Origin: Thermotogota bacterium
GTDB taxonomy: Bacteria > Bipolaricaulota > Bipolaricaulia > UBA7950 > UBA9294
Direction: 5' to 3'
DNA: 37,050 bases
Assembly (NCBI GenBank): GCA_039679545.1
Contig: JBDKUT010000127.1
Span: forward strand, 1-37,050
Shown piece after piece: positions 27,129 through 35,559 of this stretch. Numbering within the stretch: the first letter of the stretch is position 1; each line of letters opens with the position of its first letter. The position numbers were made by a program, and so were the translations under genes. The notes below the pieces were generated by a model. That model saw nothing but the letters and a program-made list of their open reading frames with translations, was not told the origin of the DNA and did not search any database.

Positions 27129-27470
27129 CCGCTCTCCCCACACGATTTGTGGCCCTTCCGTCCCCAAGACCAATGAACTGGCAAAGAGAATGGCCGACAC
27201 TCTACGTGATTGCCTAGGACGTCGCCACTACATTCACCCCCACCACCTGCTCCAGAGGCCGTCAAAGCCGCGCTTGTACCCGCCTCCCTTCGCAACGCCT
27301 CGAGCCGACACCCTGTCGCGGCACGCTTGGCGCCCCGGTCCAAGACGGAGAAAGGGACACTGCCCACGCTGGACACCCGCCGTCGGATTCGGCCACATCG
27401 AAGCGACTGTCCGACGAGCAGAAAGCAACGCCATGGATCGCCGCGGCCCGCCAGCGAGCGGACGGAAAGG

Positions 27471-28682
27471 TCACCCGAGCCGGACGATCTCCCAGTGCCG
27501 AGCTCGCTCGATGACCCATTCCCTGCCCGGAGGCGGCGCGAGGTTCACAGCCTCGCGCTTCGGAACAAACTCGAGTTGGTAGTCGCTTGTGCTGGGGCAC
27601 CCGACCCCCTCCCAGCGATCAAGCAGAGCGACCAAGCGTTGCCACAGACGGTCAATCGGGGGAATGTCTCCGTCGCGGCTCCCCCCCTGCACACCCCGTG
27701 AGGTTATGACGATCGCCGCCCCCGCGCCTGGATCTGCGAGCCCGTACCCATCGATCGTGCGCCACAGCTCCCGAGACGCAAGGGCGAGAAAGAACGAGAA
27801 GTTCTGGTGGGTTGGGTCGTCGAAGATGCGCCCCTCCTTGGAGGGTGCAGCGCACAGCGCCGGCGGCAAGGGCCACTCGCAGACCGGGCTCTCCGGAAGT
27901 CCCCCCATGAGGTAGCTCTGCCAAGGATTCGGCGACGCCAACATCCCGGCGATGGGCATGAAGCCTGAGAACCCAACGATCCGGCCGACGGCCACACCTT
28001 TGCCGACGCGTGACGGTTCCCAGCGGACGAGGGGATAATCGTAGCCGTGCCGAAGCGGCGCGATCGCGAATCCGTCCTGCGCCAGCTGTTCGACCCACGC
28101 CGGCGCGATGTCCGGACAGCCGACGGTGACGATGATCCTCTCGTACGGCGCTCCGTCAGGAACTCCGTGAAACCCGTCCGAGCAGACGACATGCGTCTTC
28201 CCGTACCCCTCGGAGCCCAGGCGGTCGGCCGCTTCCCGCGCCACATCGTCCCGAACCTCCACGGAGTACACCCCGCCAGGATCGGCAAGCGCCTCACCCA
28301 GGAGCGCCGCGTTGTATCCAGTCCCGGTCCCGATTTCGAGAACTCGCATCCCGGGCGAGACGTCGAGGGCTTCGAGCATGGTCGCCGCCAGGCCGGGCTC
28401 CGACATCGAGCTGATCGGATACATTCCCTCGATCCGCGTCACGAGAGGCTGGTTGGAGTAAATATGCCGCAGCGCCTCGTCACTGGGATGGTCCGGATCG
28501 AAGTCCACGCGGTGCCACGTCACACGCTGCCGATCGCTCTCCATACGGTACCAATGGTCAAGGAAGCGATGGCGGAGCACGCCCAAGAACGCACGCCTCA
28601 CCCGGTCAGAGCGGATGGCGCCGCTCGCAACAAGGTCCGCCACGTAGCGTTCAAGCTCGCGTGACACCGCGTCAGCAGACAC
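27471..28682 (-). CDS. Protein-L-isoaspartate O-methyltransferase-like protein with long C-terminal extension
   Basis: V.RAF..V.RHRF, SSMSEP, VLEIGTGTGYNAALL, DG..G....APY.RIIVT; 403 aa. Confidence 0.88.
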   Translation of the reverse strand: MSADAVSRELERYVADLVASGAIRSDRVRRAFLGVLRHRFLDHWYRMESDRQRVTWHRVDFDPDHPSDEALRHIYSNQPLVTRIEGMYPISSMSEPGLAATMLEALDVSPGMRVLEIGTGTGYNAALLGEALADPGGVYSVEVRDDVAREAADRLGSEGYGKTHVVCSDGFHGVPDGAPYERIIVTVGCPDIAPAWVEQLAQDGFAIAPLRHGYDYPLVRWEPSRVGKGVAVGRIVGFSGFMPIAGMLASPNPWQSYLMGGLPESPVCEWPLPPALCAAPSKEGRIFDDPTHQNFSFFLALASRELWRTIDGYGLADPGAGAAIVITSRGVQGGSRDGDIPPIDRLWQRLVALLDRWEGVGCPSTSDYQLEFVPKREAVNLAPPPGREWVIERARHWEIVRLG

Positions 28683-28686
28683 GGTC

Positions 28687-29244
28687 CTAGTTCTGATTCA
28701 CACCCACCGTGGTGCAGGTCTGGATGTGAATCTTGACGTTCCCCGAGAACTTGAAGTACACACCTTCGTCTGCACCGCGGGCCCACCAAGTTTCCGCAGT
28801 TCGCGCAACCTTGCCTCGGGCGTCGACAAGCTCAGCAACATCCCAATTGAGACCTCGAACCAAGTAAGGAACGTTGAACTCGACGTCGCGGATGCAGTCC
28901 GTGGGGGGAAGGATCATGATGGCGAACAGCGGGAGTGTCCCGACGTCCTCCCACTCCAGTGTGTACCCCATTTCCTCCGCCCGCTTGACCGAAGCCGAGT
29001 CCTCGGTCAAGAGAACGATCACCACGTGCTCGTCCGTTCCGTTCAGGAACCCCGAGAAGAGTGCGGCGTGCTCGTAGTCGAACTCGTCGCCTTCCGGCAA
29101 GAGAGCCTCAAGCGGCTTGAACGCGGCCCGCACCTTGGCCAAGAAGGCGTCGCGGTCGAACATCTCCCCAACCGCCACCAGCGTGACCCCGGACACGAGC
29201 GCGAGGACGATTCCCAAAGTCAGGACCCGCATCAGGCGTGACAT
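28687..29244 (-). CDS. Hypothetical exported protein
   Basis: GAGGTG RBS, basic-hydrophobic signal-like N-terminus, coding-like codon usage, 4 bp upstream of the methyltransferase. Confidence 0.75.
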   Translation of the reverse strand: MSRLMRVLTLGIVLALVSGVTLVAVGEMFDRDAFLAKVRAAFKPLEALLPEGDEFDYEHAALFSGFLNGTDEHVVIVLLTEDSASVKRAEEMGYTLEWEDVGTLPLFAIMILPPTDCIRDVEFNVPYLVRGLNWDVAELVDARGKVARTAETWWARGADEGVYFKFSGNVKIHIQTCTTVGVNQN

Positions 29245-29400
29245 CGCGATCACCTCGTCCCATCATCGCCCTTTCCTGATGTAAGTCAATACCGTCACTC
29301 CCCACTACGGGTACTACGTTGTCAAGTAGGATTTCCGAGGCGACAGCCGGCAGGATGGCGGGCGGGTCTGCGCCGCTTGGAGAGGGCGATCCAGCGACGT

Positions 29401-30174
29401 CTACGGCTCGACCGTGTCCCAGATCAGGCTGCAACAGGTCACGGCCCCCTCAGCCTTGGCGAGCTCCGAGACGTCCACGGTACGGACGACAACGCCAAGG
29501 CGCTGGAGCCGCTCCGCCGTGCGGGGATACGCGGCCGGGAAGAGGACTGCATTTCCAACCCGAAGACCGTTTGCGGCGTCGGGCTCGCGAACATCGACGT
29601 CAACCCACTCGCCCTGGGCAAACGCATGGACGTCAATATGCTTCCGGTTTGCCAAGAGGACGCCGTCAGCGACTTCGGTGACGGCGGACTTGAGGTGGAG
29701 GCATCCTGTGACGACGACCGGGACGACGTCGTAGCCGTGCGGCGCTGCGAGCGCACGAAGCTGCGCGATCCCCGCAGCGTTGGTCCTTCCGGAAGCCCCT
29801 ACGTACAGCGTCCTTCCAACACGAAGGACATCGCCCCCGTCGAGGGTCGCCGGAGGTTCCATCCGGAGAATCTCAAGATGATTGCTCAGGAATGCACGAA
29901 TCGACTCGACCTCAGGCCGGCGCGACTCGGCCCCCGGCCGAGTGATCACGACCGCGTCCCCCACGATCACGGCCGTGTCCTCGACGAAGACGCTGTCGGG
30001 AAGATCCGGCTCCGCGGGGAGCTCGTGCACCCGGCAGCCGAGGTCCTTGAGCGCCGCCACGTACTGGCGGTGCTCCACTTCCGCCCGCTGGATATCGATC
30101 GGCTGCCGTTCGCGATGCGTCAACTCGCACCGGTTCATGGCGGGGCTCACTCCGCGAACGAGCGCGTGTCTCAC
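29401..30174 (-). CDS. ddaH: Dimethylarginine dimethylaminohydrolase (amidinotransferase superfamily)
   Basis: LPDSVFVED, RPGA.SR..E, LDGGDV, RTN, HLKS, K.EG.VTCCS; GTGA overlap with the upstream stop. Confidence 0.9.
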   Translation of the reverse strand: MRHALVRGVSPAMNRCELTHRERQPIDIQRAEVEHRQYVAALKDLGCRVHELPAEPDLPDSVFVEDTAVIVGDAVVITRPGAESRRPEVESIRAFLSNHLEILRMEPPATLDGGDVLRVGRTLYVGASGRTNAAGIAQLRALAAPHGYDVVPVVVTGCLHLKSAVTEVADGVLLANRKHIDVHAFAQGEWVDVDVREPDAANGLRVGNAVLFPAAYPRTAERLQRLGVVVRTVDVSELAKAEGAVTCCSLIWDTVEP

Positions 30175-31454
30175 GGCCGAAGTCCTTTGCGGAAGCTCTG
30201 GCTTGATCTTGTCACCTCGTACCCGAGTGCGCGGTGGACGGCGAGGCTGTCGGGGTACTCGGACGTCGTGTCCGAGGCCATCTCGCGGCAGCCCAGCGAC
30301 CGAGCCCACATCTCCGCCTCCTCCACGAGTCGGCGGCCCAGACCGCGGCGCCGCCAGGAAGGATCGACGTACAGACCTTCCACGTAGCCCACCGGGCTCG
30401 TCGTGCAACCCTCCGCCTGCAGGCGGAGCGAGGCCTCGACCACGCCGCACAGTCCCCCGGAGGCAAGCTCGGCGACAAACGCCCGCTCCGTCTCAGCGGC
30501 CGACAGCATCGCGTCCATCTCCTGCTCGAGCTCCCCCCGACCGTGTCCGGGCCACAGAGCTGCCCGGAGGCAGCCCCACTCGCCGCGATCCCCCGACGCA
30601 AGCGGTCGAATCCTAACCTCCTCGCCGGGCGTTGAGCGGCCTCGGTTCTCGACCATCCACTCCGCGGCGAAGTCCACGAGCGGCCGTTGCTTCATCCAGA
30701 GCGCACGCCCGGCCCCTACGGCCCGCGCGCGCACGTCTCCACCCGACTCCACATACGCCGCGGCGATTCGGCCGAAGTCGTCCGAGTTGCAGTCCACGTC
30801 GACAATCTGAGTCCACACTCGTTTGCCGGCGACGACGACCGGAGCGCCGTTCGTCGTCTCGCGCTTCCCGAAGAAGGCAACTCGGTACTCGGCCAGGTGC
30901 ATGGATGTGTTGGACTCGTGCCCGACCCCGAGGAGCAGCACGGCGCCGTCCAGATCGTAGATGCGGGCCAGCGGCGAACCTTCCCCGAGGCCGTAGTCGA
31001 CGGTGTGGCCGTCGACGATTCGTCGCGCAGCGGGTCCACACGCCGCAAACGACAAGTAGGGATGCTGACTCCTCACGACGCCCGGCCACGTGCGGAACGC
31101 CTCAGGGATCACGCCCATGCTGTACGTCGGGGTGCGCGCCGGATCGTACGCCGGCATGGTCTTGCGGATGAGGTCCTTCCACTCCTCGGGGACCGGCGGA
31201 TTCCTCCACTCCCGCGGATCGGTCAACCCGCCGGAACAACTCGGCATGACAAGCGTCCCGGCCGGGCCGACGGCCGCAAGCAGAGCCTCGATCACGGCCA
31301 CCGCACCGCCGCACACCCAGCCCAGCGCCGAGAGAGAGGAATGGACGAGGAGGACGTCGCCGGACGCGACGCCGAGCGCACGAAGGTCGGCGGTCAGAGA
31401 CTCCGCCGTGATCGGCAGGCCCTTCGTCCGTCGGATCGCATCGAACTCGCTCAC
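30171..31454 (-). CDS. Fusion of AAC(3)/YokD-like (Antibiotic_NAT) and AAC(6')-I-like GNAT acetyltransferase domains
   Basis: VHSSLSALGWVCGG, GTLVMP, MG.IPE.FR, RS.HP..SF, SPL, NTSMHLAE; then LR.ALWP, EASLR...GC.TSPVGY.EG.YV, GC.EMASD, H.ALGY; GTG after GGAGG. Confidence 0.88.
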   Translation of the reverse strand: MSEFDAIRRTKGLPITAESLTADLRALGVASGDVLLVHSSLSALGWVCGGAVAVIEALLAAVGPAGTLVMPSCSGGLTDPREWRNPPVPEEWKDLIRKTMPAYDPARTPTYSMGVIPEAFRTWPGVVRSQHPYLSFAACGPAARRIVDGHTVDYGLGEGSPLARIYDLDGAVLLLGVGHESNTSMHLAEYRVAFFGKRETTNGAPVVVAGKRVWTQIVDVDCNSDDFGRIAAAYVESGGDVRARAVGAGRALWMKQRPLVDFAAEWMVENRGRSTPGEEVRIRPLASGDRGEWGCLRAALWPGHGRGELEQEMDAMLSAAETERAFVAELASGGLCGVVEASLRLQAEGCTTSPVGYVEGLYVDPSWRRRGLGRRLVEEAEMWARSLGCREMASDTTSEYPDSLAVHRALGYEVTRSSQSFRKGLRP

Positions 31455-31521
31455 GCTGCCTCCAACAACAAGGCCGAGGACCACTTCGTCCTCGGCCTCA
31501 CCCGCGCTCTTCGCTGCAGGT

Positions 31522-32397
31522 CTACTTGCCGCTCTCGGACTTCCGAGTCGGCACCGGCACAACGCCGGCCATATCGCCGATGATGTTGATCAGGTCCGAG
31601 CCAGCCGGGACGACGATCTTCGCGTTGTCCCGCAGCGACTTCTCCAGAGCCTCGAGCTTACGAAGAAGCTGCGCGTTGCCAACGAAGTAGGTGTTGGCGG
31701 CCTCGTTGACGAGACGGATCGCCTCCGCCTCTCCTTCGGCGGCGAGGATCTTCGCCTGCTTGATTCCTTCCGCCTTCTTGATCTCGGCGCGCTTCTCTCC
31801 GTCCGCCTGACGTTCCACCGCGTTCGCATAGTCGAGGGCGGCGATCTTCTCGTTCTCCGCCTTGACGACCTTGTTCATCGTCTCTTGGACGTCCTTCGGT
31901 GGGTCGATCTCCTTCAGCTCGGTGCGGACGATCTCCATGCCCCAGCTCTGTGTCTCCTGCGACAGCGTGGAGAGGAGTTCAGTGTTGATCTTGTTGCGCT
32001 CGCTGTTTGCCGACTTGAGCGTCATCGTGCCGATGATGTTGCGCAACGTCGTGCGAGCCAGGTTGACGATCTGGATCTTGTAGTTGTTGACGTTGTACTG
32101 CGAGTTCTTGACGTTCTCTTCGTCGTCCTTCACCTTGAAGTAGACCTGGGCGTCGACGCGCGCATTCAGGTTGTCGTTGGTGATGATCTCCTGCGGCTGC
32201 GCATCGACCATCTGCTCGGTGACGTTGATCTGGATCAGTCGGTCGATGACTGGAATGACCCAGTGGAAGCCCGGGCGCCCGAAGTGGTGGTACTTCCCCA
32301 GCCGTTCGATCAGCGCGCGGTGGGTTGGCCGCACAACGCGGATCCCAAGGAGGAAGAGGATCACCACGACGATGCCCACGATCCAGTACCAGTACAT
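31522..32397 (-). CDS. SPFH/band 7 (stomatin/QmcA-like) membrane protein
   Basis: N-terminal TM, ERLGKY, PG.HWVIP.ID, Q..IT.DN, TTLRNIIG, AEG repeats. Confidence 0.93.
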   Translation of the reverse strand: MYWYWIVGIVVVILFLLGIRVVRPTHRALIERLGKYHHFGRPGFHWVIPVIDRLIQINVTEQMVDAQPQEIITNDNLNARVDAQVYFKVKDDEENVKNSQYNVNNYKIQIVNLARTTLRNIIGTMTLKSANSERNKINTELLSTLSQETQSWGMEIVRTELKEIDPPKDVQETMNKVVKAENEKIAALDYANAVERQADGEKRAEIKKAEGIKQAKILAAEGEAEAIRLVNEAANTYFVGNAQLLRKLEALEKSLRDNAKIVVPAGSDLINIIGDMAGVVPVPTRKSESGK

Positions 32398-32756
32398 GCT
32401 TGCCCCCCTTCCGCCGAGTCCCACGACGGCATCCCCGAACTCACGGGGCACCCGTCCGATCCTGCGACTCAGTGAGATACGGGGAGGATAGTACCGGAGA
32501 CTGTCGGGGAAGTACATGCCGCGGCAGGCGAGGCCCCCCCGCGTAGAGAGCCACACGCCGTGCACCGGACCCCGGAGGGCGGACGGCTGTCCCCTGCGTT
32601 GCGGACGTCGGGGTGTGGAGAATCAAGCCGGCATCGAGTATGCTTCACGCATCGTAACGCTAGCAATTCAATCGCATAGTTCTTGTATCAAGGTAATTGC
32701 CAAGCATGGCGAGCTGAGAGTGCGACTTGGCTCAACGAAGTCAAGGAGGACTTTCA

Positions 32757-34028
32757 GTGAGTTTCGAGCAATTTCGGTTTGACCCACGCATTCTGTCGGG
32801 CATCGAGGCCGCAGGCTTCGAGATCCCGACCCCCATTCAGGAGCAGGCGATTCCGGTCGTCCTCAACCGCCGCGACGTCTTGGGCCTTGCCCAGACGGGT
32901 ACCGGCAAGACGGCGGCCTTCATGCTGCCGATCCTCGACCGGCTGATGAAGAGCCGGTCGCACCACATTCGTGCCCTCATCCTCGCGCCGACGCGTGAGC
33001 TCGCCGAGCAGACCCACCAAGCGACCGTGAGCCTTGGGAGAAGCACCGGCCTGCGCAGCGCCGCCATCTACGGCGGCGTCAGCAAGGGGCCCCAGCTTGT
33101 TGCCCTGCGGCGCGGCGTCGACATCGTCGTCGCCTGCCCCGGCAGGCTTCTCGATCACGTCGAGGCGAGGGCCATCGACCTGTCGCACGTGGAAATCCTC
33201 GTCGTGGACGAAGCCGACCGGATGTGCGACATGGGCTTTCTACCCGACGTCCGGCGAATCCTGACCTACCTACCCAAAGAGCGGCAGACGCTCTTCTTCT
33301 CGGCCACGATGCCGCCGGAGATCCGTGCGCTCGCCGACCACATCCTCGACCGCCCGGAGACAGTCCAGGTTGACACGATCGGGCCGGCGAAGACCGTTGC
33401 ACACGCACTCTTCCCCGTGCCGGACACGCAGAAGACCGCCTTCCTCCTCGCCATGCTGAAGCAGACGGCGACGGGAAGAGTCCTGGTGTTCACGCGGACG
33501 AAGTACCGCGCGCGCAACCTGTCCGTGATTCTGCGCAAGGCCGGCCACCGCGTCGCCGCCCTGCAGGGGAACATGACCCAGGCGCAGCGCCAGACGGCGA
33601 TCGACGGGTTCCGCAACGGACGGTTCGACGTCCTCGTCGCCACGGACGTGGCGGCGCGCGGGATCGACGTCTCGGACATCTCTCACGTCATCAACTTCGA
33701 CATGCCGAACACGGCCGACGCGTACATCCACCGCATCGGTCGAACCGGGCGCGTCGAGAAGAGCGGCGAAGCGTTCACCCTCGCGTCTCCCGGAGACGGC
33801 CTCATGGTTCGGGACATCGAACGAGTCCTCGGCAAGCGGATCGACCGCAGACGGCTTCCCGGCTTCGACTACGGCACCTTCTCCCCCGAGGCGCAGTTCC
33901 AGTCGAAGAGCACGTCGGGGCCCACACTGCCCCGATCGTTCCGCCAGCGAACCTCCAGAACCTCATCCGTGCGCGCCATCGGCGCGACACAGTACGTCAG
34001 CCGCCATCGGCCAGCCCCTGCAGCCTAG
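32757..34028 (+). CDS. rhlE: DEAD-box RNA helicase (RhlE-like)
   Basis: PTPIQ, AQTGTGKT, PTRELA, DEAD, SAT, ARGID, HRIGRTGR; GTG after AAGGAGG. Confidence 0.92.
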   Translation: MSFEQFRFDPRILSGIEAAGFEIPTPIQEQAIPVVLNRRDVLGLAQTGTGKTAAFMLPILDRLMKSRSHHIRALILAPTRELAEQTHQATVSLGRSTGLRSAAIYGGVSKGPQLVALRRGVDIVVACPGRLLDHVEARAIDLSHVEILVVDEADRMCDMGFLPDVRRILTYLPKERQTLFFSATMPPEIRALADHILDRPETVQVDTIGPAKTVAHALFPVPDTQKTAFLLAMLKQTATGRVLVFTRTKYRARNLSVILRKAGHRVAALQGNMTQAQRQTAIDGFRNGRFDVLVATDVAARGIDVSDISHVINFDMPNTADAYIHRIGRTGRVEKSGEAFTLASPGDGLMVRDIERVLGKRIDRRRLPGFDYGTFSPEAQFQSKSTSGPTLPRSFRQRTSRTSSVRAIGATQYVSRHRPAPAA

Positions 34029-34038
34029 GACACATCCC

Positions 34039-34062
34039 GGGCTCGGCGTCCGCGTCGAGCCC
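34039..34062 (+). terminator. Hairpin after the helicase gene
   Basis: GGGCTCGGCG-TCCG-CGTCGAGCCC followed by AAGCTTTC. Confidence 0.55.
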
Positions 34063-34125
34063 AAGCTTTCACTCCACCCACGCTCTCCGGCTAGGATGAG
34101 CCGTTCGGCCGACGGAGGTGCCGGA

Positions 34126-34485
34126 ATGCGGGATGAGAGACAGCAAGAATCATGGGCCGTCTATCTGGGAGACCCGACGCCGACCGGCGCCAAGGTGACC
34201 GGCAGGCTGTCGGTCACGGCGGAGGCTCTCGTGTTCGAAGCAGGAATCGCTCTCGCTGAGCACGCGGGGCTCCTCCTTGGGCTCGGGATCCCAGCCCACA
34301 CCGTCGTGAACGACGCCGTGTCCATTCCGTTCGCCGATATCGCCGCGGTTCGGACCGAACGAACAAAGCTCATCCTGAGGAGCCTCGTCGTTCGCGTCGT
34401 CTCCGGGGAAGAGATCGCCTTCCAGTTCGGCGCCGCCTCGCCCGCCCAAGCTGAACGATCCCTCCGACAACGAATCGCTCACTAG
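34126..34485 (+). CDS. Hypothetical protein, possibly PH/GRAM-like beta fold
   Basis: GGAGGT RBS; G.L.VT...LVF and IPF.DI..V pattern typical of PH-like domains. Confidence 0.7.
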   Translation: MRDERQQESWAVYLGDPTPTGAKVTGRLSVTAEALVFEAGIALAEHAGLLLGLGIPAHTVVNDAVSIPFADIAAVRTERTKLILRSLVVRVVSGEEIAFQFGAASPAQAERSLRQRIAH

Positions 34486-34606
34486 GCGGCCGGCTCCCTA
34501 GCCGCCCCCATCCACCTCACTCAGGCGGCCAGCTCCCTAGCCGCCCCCATCCACCTCACTCAGGCAGCCAGCCCCCTAGCCGCCGCCACCCACCTCACGA
34601 GGCGGC
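34478..34606. repeat. ~39-bp tandem repeat, 3 full copies plus 1 partial, between convergent genes
   Basis: CTCACT(C)AGGCGGCCAGCTCCCTAGCCGCCCCCATCCAC at 34478, 34516, 34555; partial copy at 34594. Confidence 0.9.
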
Positions 34607-35350
34607 GGCCGCCTTCCCCTGGCGCGCCACGGCTTCGGCCGCCTTCTTCGCGGCTTCGGGGTCGCCGAGGTAGTCATGTCGAATCGGGTGCAGCCGGTCG
34701 TCAAGCTGGTAGACGAGAGGAATACCGGTCGGAATGTTGAGCCCAGGAATGTCCTCGTCGCTCACGCGATCGAGGTACTTTACGAGCGCACGAAGGCTGT
34801 TCCCGTGCGCCACGATGAGAACGCTCTTCCCGGCAGACACGTTCGGAGCGATCGCCTCACGCCAATACGGCAGGAAGCGATTCACCGTATCCTTGAGGCA
34901 CTCGGTCAGCGGAAGCTCGGTCGGACGGAGGCTCGCGTAACGTGGGTCCCTTCCGGGGTAGCGGGGATCGTCGACCTCGAGTGCCGGCGGCGGGACATCG
35001 TAGCTGCGCCTCCAAACGTGGACCTGTTCCTCGCCGAACTTCTCGGCCGTTTCGGCCTTGTTCAGCCCCTGCAACGCGCCGTAGTGGCGCTCGTTCAGTC
35101 GCCATGACCGCTCGACAGGGATCCACATCTCGTCCATTTCGTCGAGGACGATCCACAGTGTGCGGATGGCGCGCTTCAGGACTGACGTGTACGCCAGGTC
35201 GAACGCGAACCCCTCCGCCTTGAGCAACCTCCCGGCGGTGTGAGCCTCCTCGAGGCCCTGCTGGGAGAGGTCGACGTCCGTCCACCCCGTGAACCGGTTC
35301 TCCTTGTTCCAGGTGCTCTCCCCGTGGCGGAGCAACACGAGCTTCTTCAT
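34595..35350 (-). CDS. gpmA: 2,3-bisphosphoglycerate-dependent phosphoglycerate mutase
   Basis: [49 protein letters not shown]. Confidence 0.97.
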   Translation of the reverse strand: MKKLVLLRHGESTWNKENRFTGWTDVDLSQQGLEEAHTAGRLLKAEGFAFDLAYTSVLKRAIRTLWIVLDEMDEMWIPVERSWRLNERHYGALQGLNKAETAEKFGEEQVHVWRRSYDVPPPALEVDDPRYPGRDPRYASLRPTELPLTECLKDTVNRFLPYWREAIAPNVSAGKSVLIVAHGNSLRALVKYLDRVSDEDIPGLNIPTGIPLVYQLDDRLHPIRHDYLGDPEAAKKAAEAVARQGKAAAAS

Positions 35351-35559
35351 CGTCTTCTCACCTCAGTCCGTCTTCCGAAGCCTCCCGGCTACTGTACGCG
35401 ATCCGGACTGTGGCGCCACGTTCGTCCTGCAGGCGTCGGCACCGACGCTACGTCCGCTGGCGAACCCACGCGGCGAGAGAGACAATGCACGCAGCCGCGC
35501 TTTGTGCTCCTGGATGGGGCGTGCGGCGGCCAGGAAGTAACGATGAGGAGGAGCCAAGC

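Noticed and set aside
27234..27434. 66-aa minus ORF after the PIMT as a RiPP precursor
   Set aside because: No clear RBS, no leader/core pattern, only two Asp; cannot be supported.
29286..29325. Minus-strand TTGACA (29325-29320) as promoter of the exported-protein gene
   Set aside because: No acceptable -10 hexamer at 16-18 bp spacing.
34478..34606. Tandem repeat as a CRISPR array
   Set aside because: Units are contiguous with no unique spacers, and no cas genes are present.
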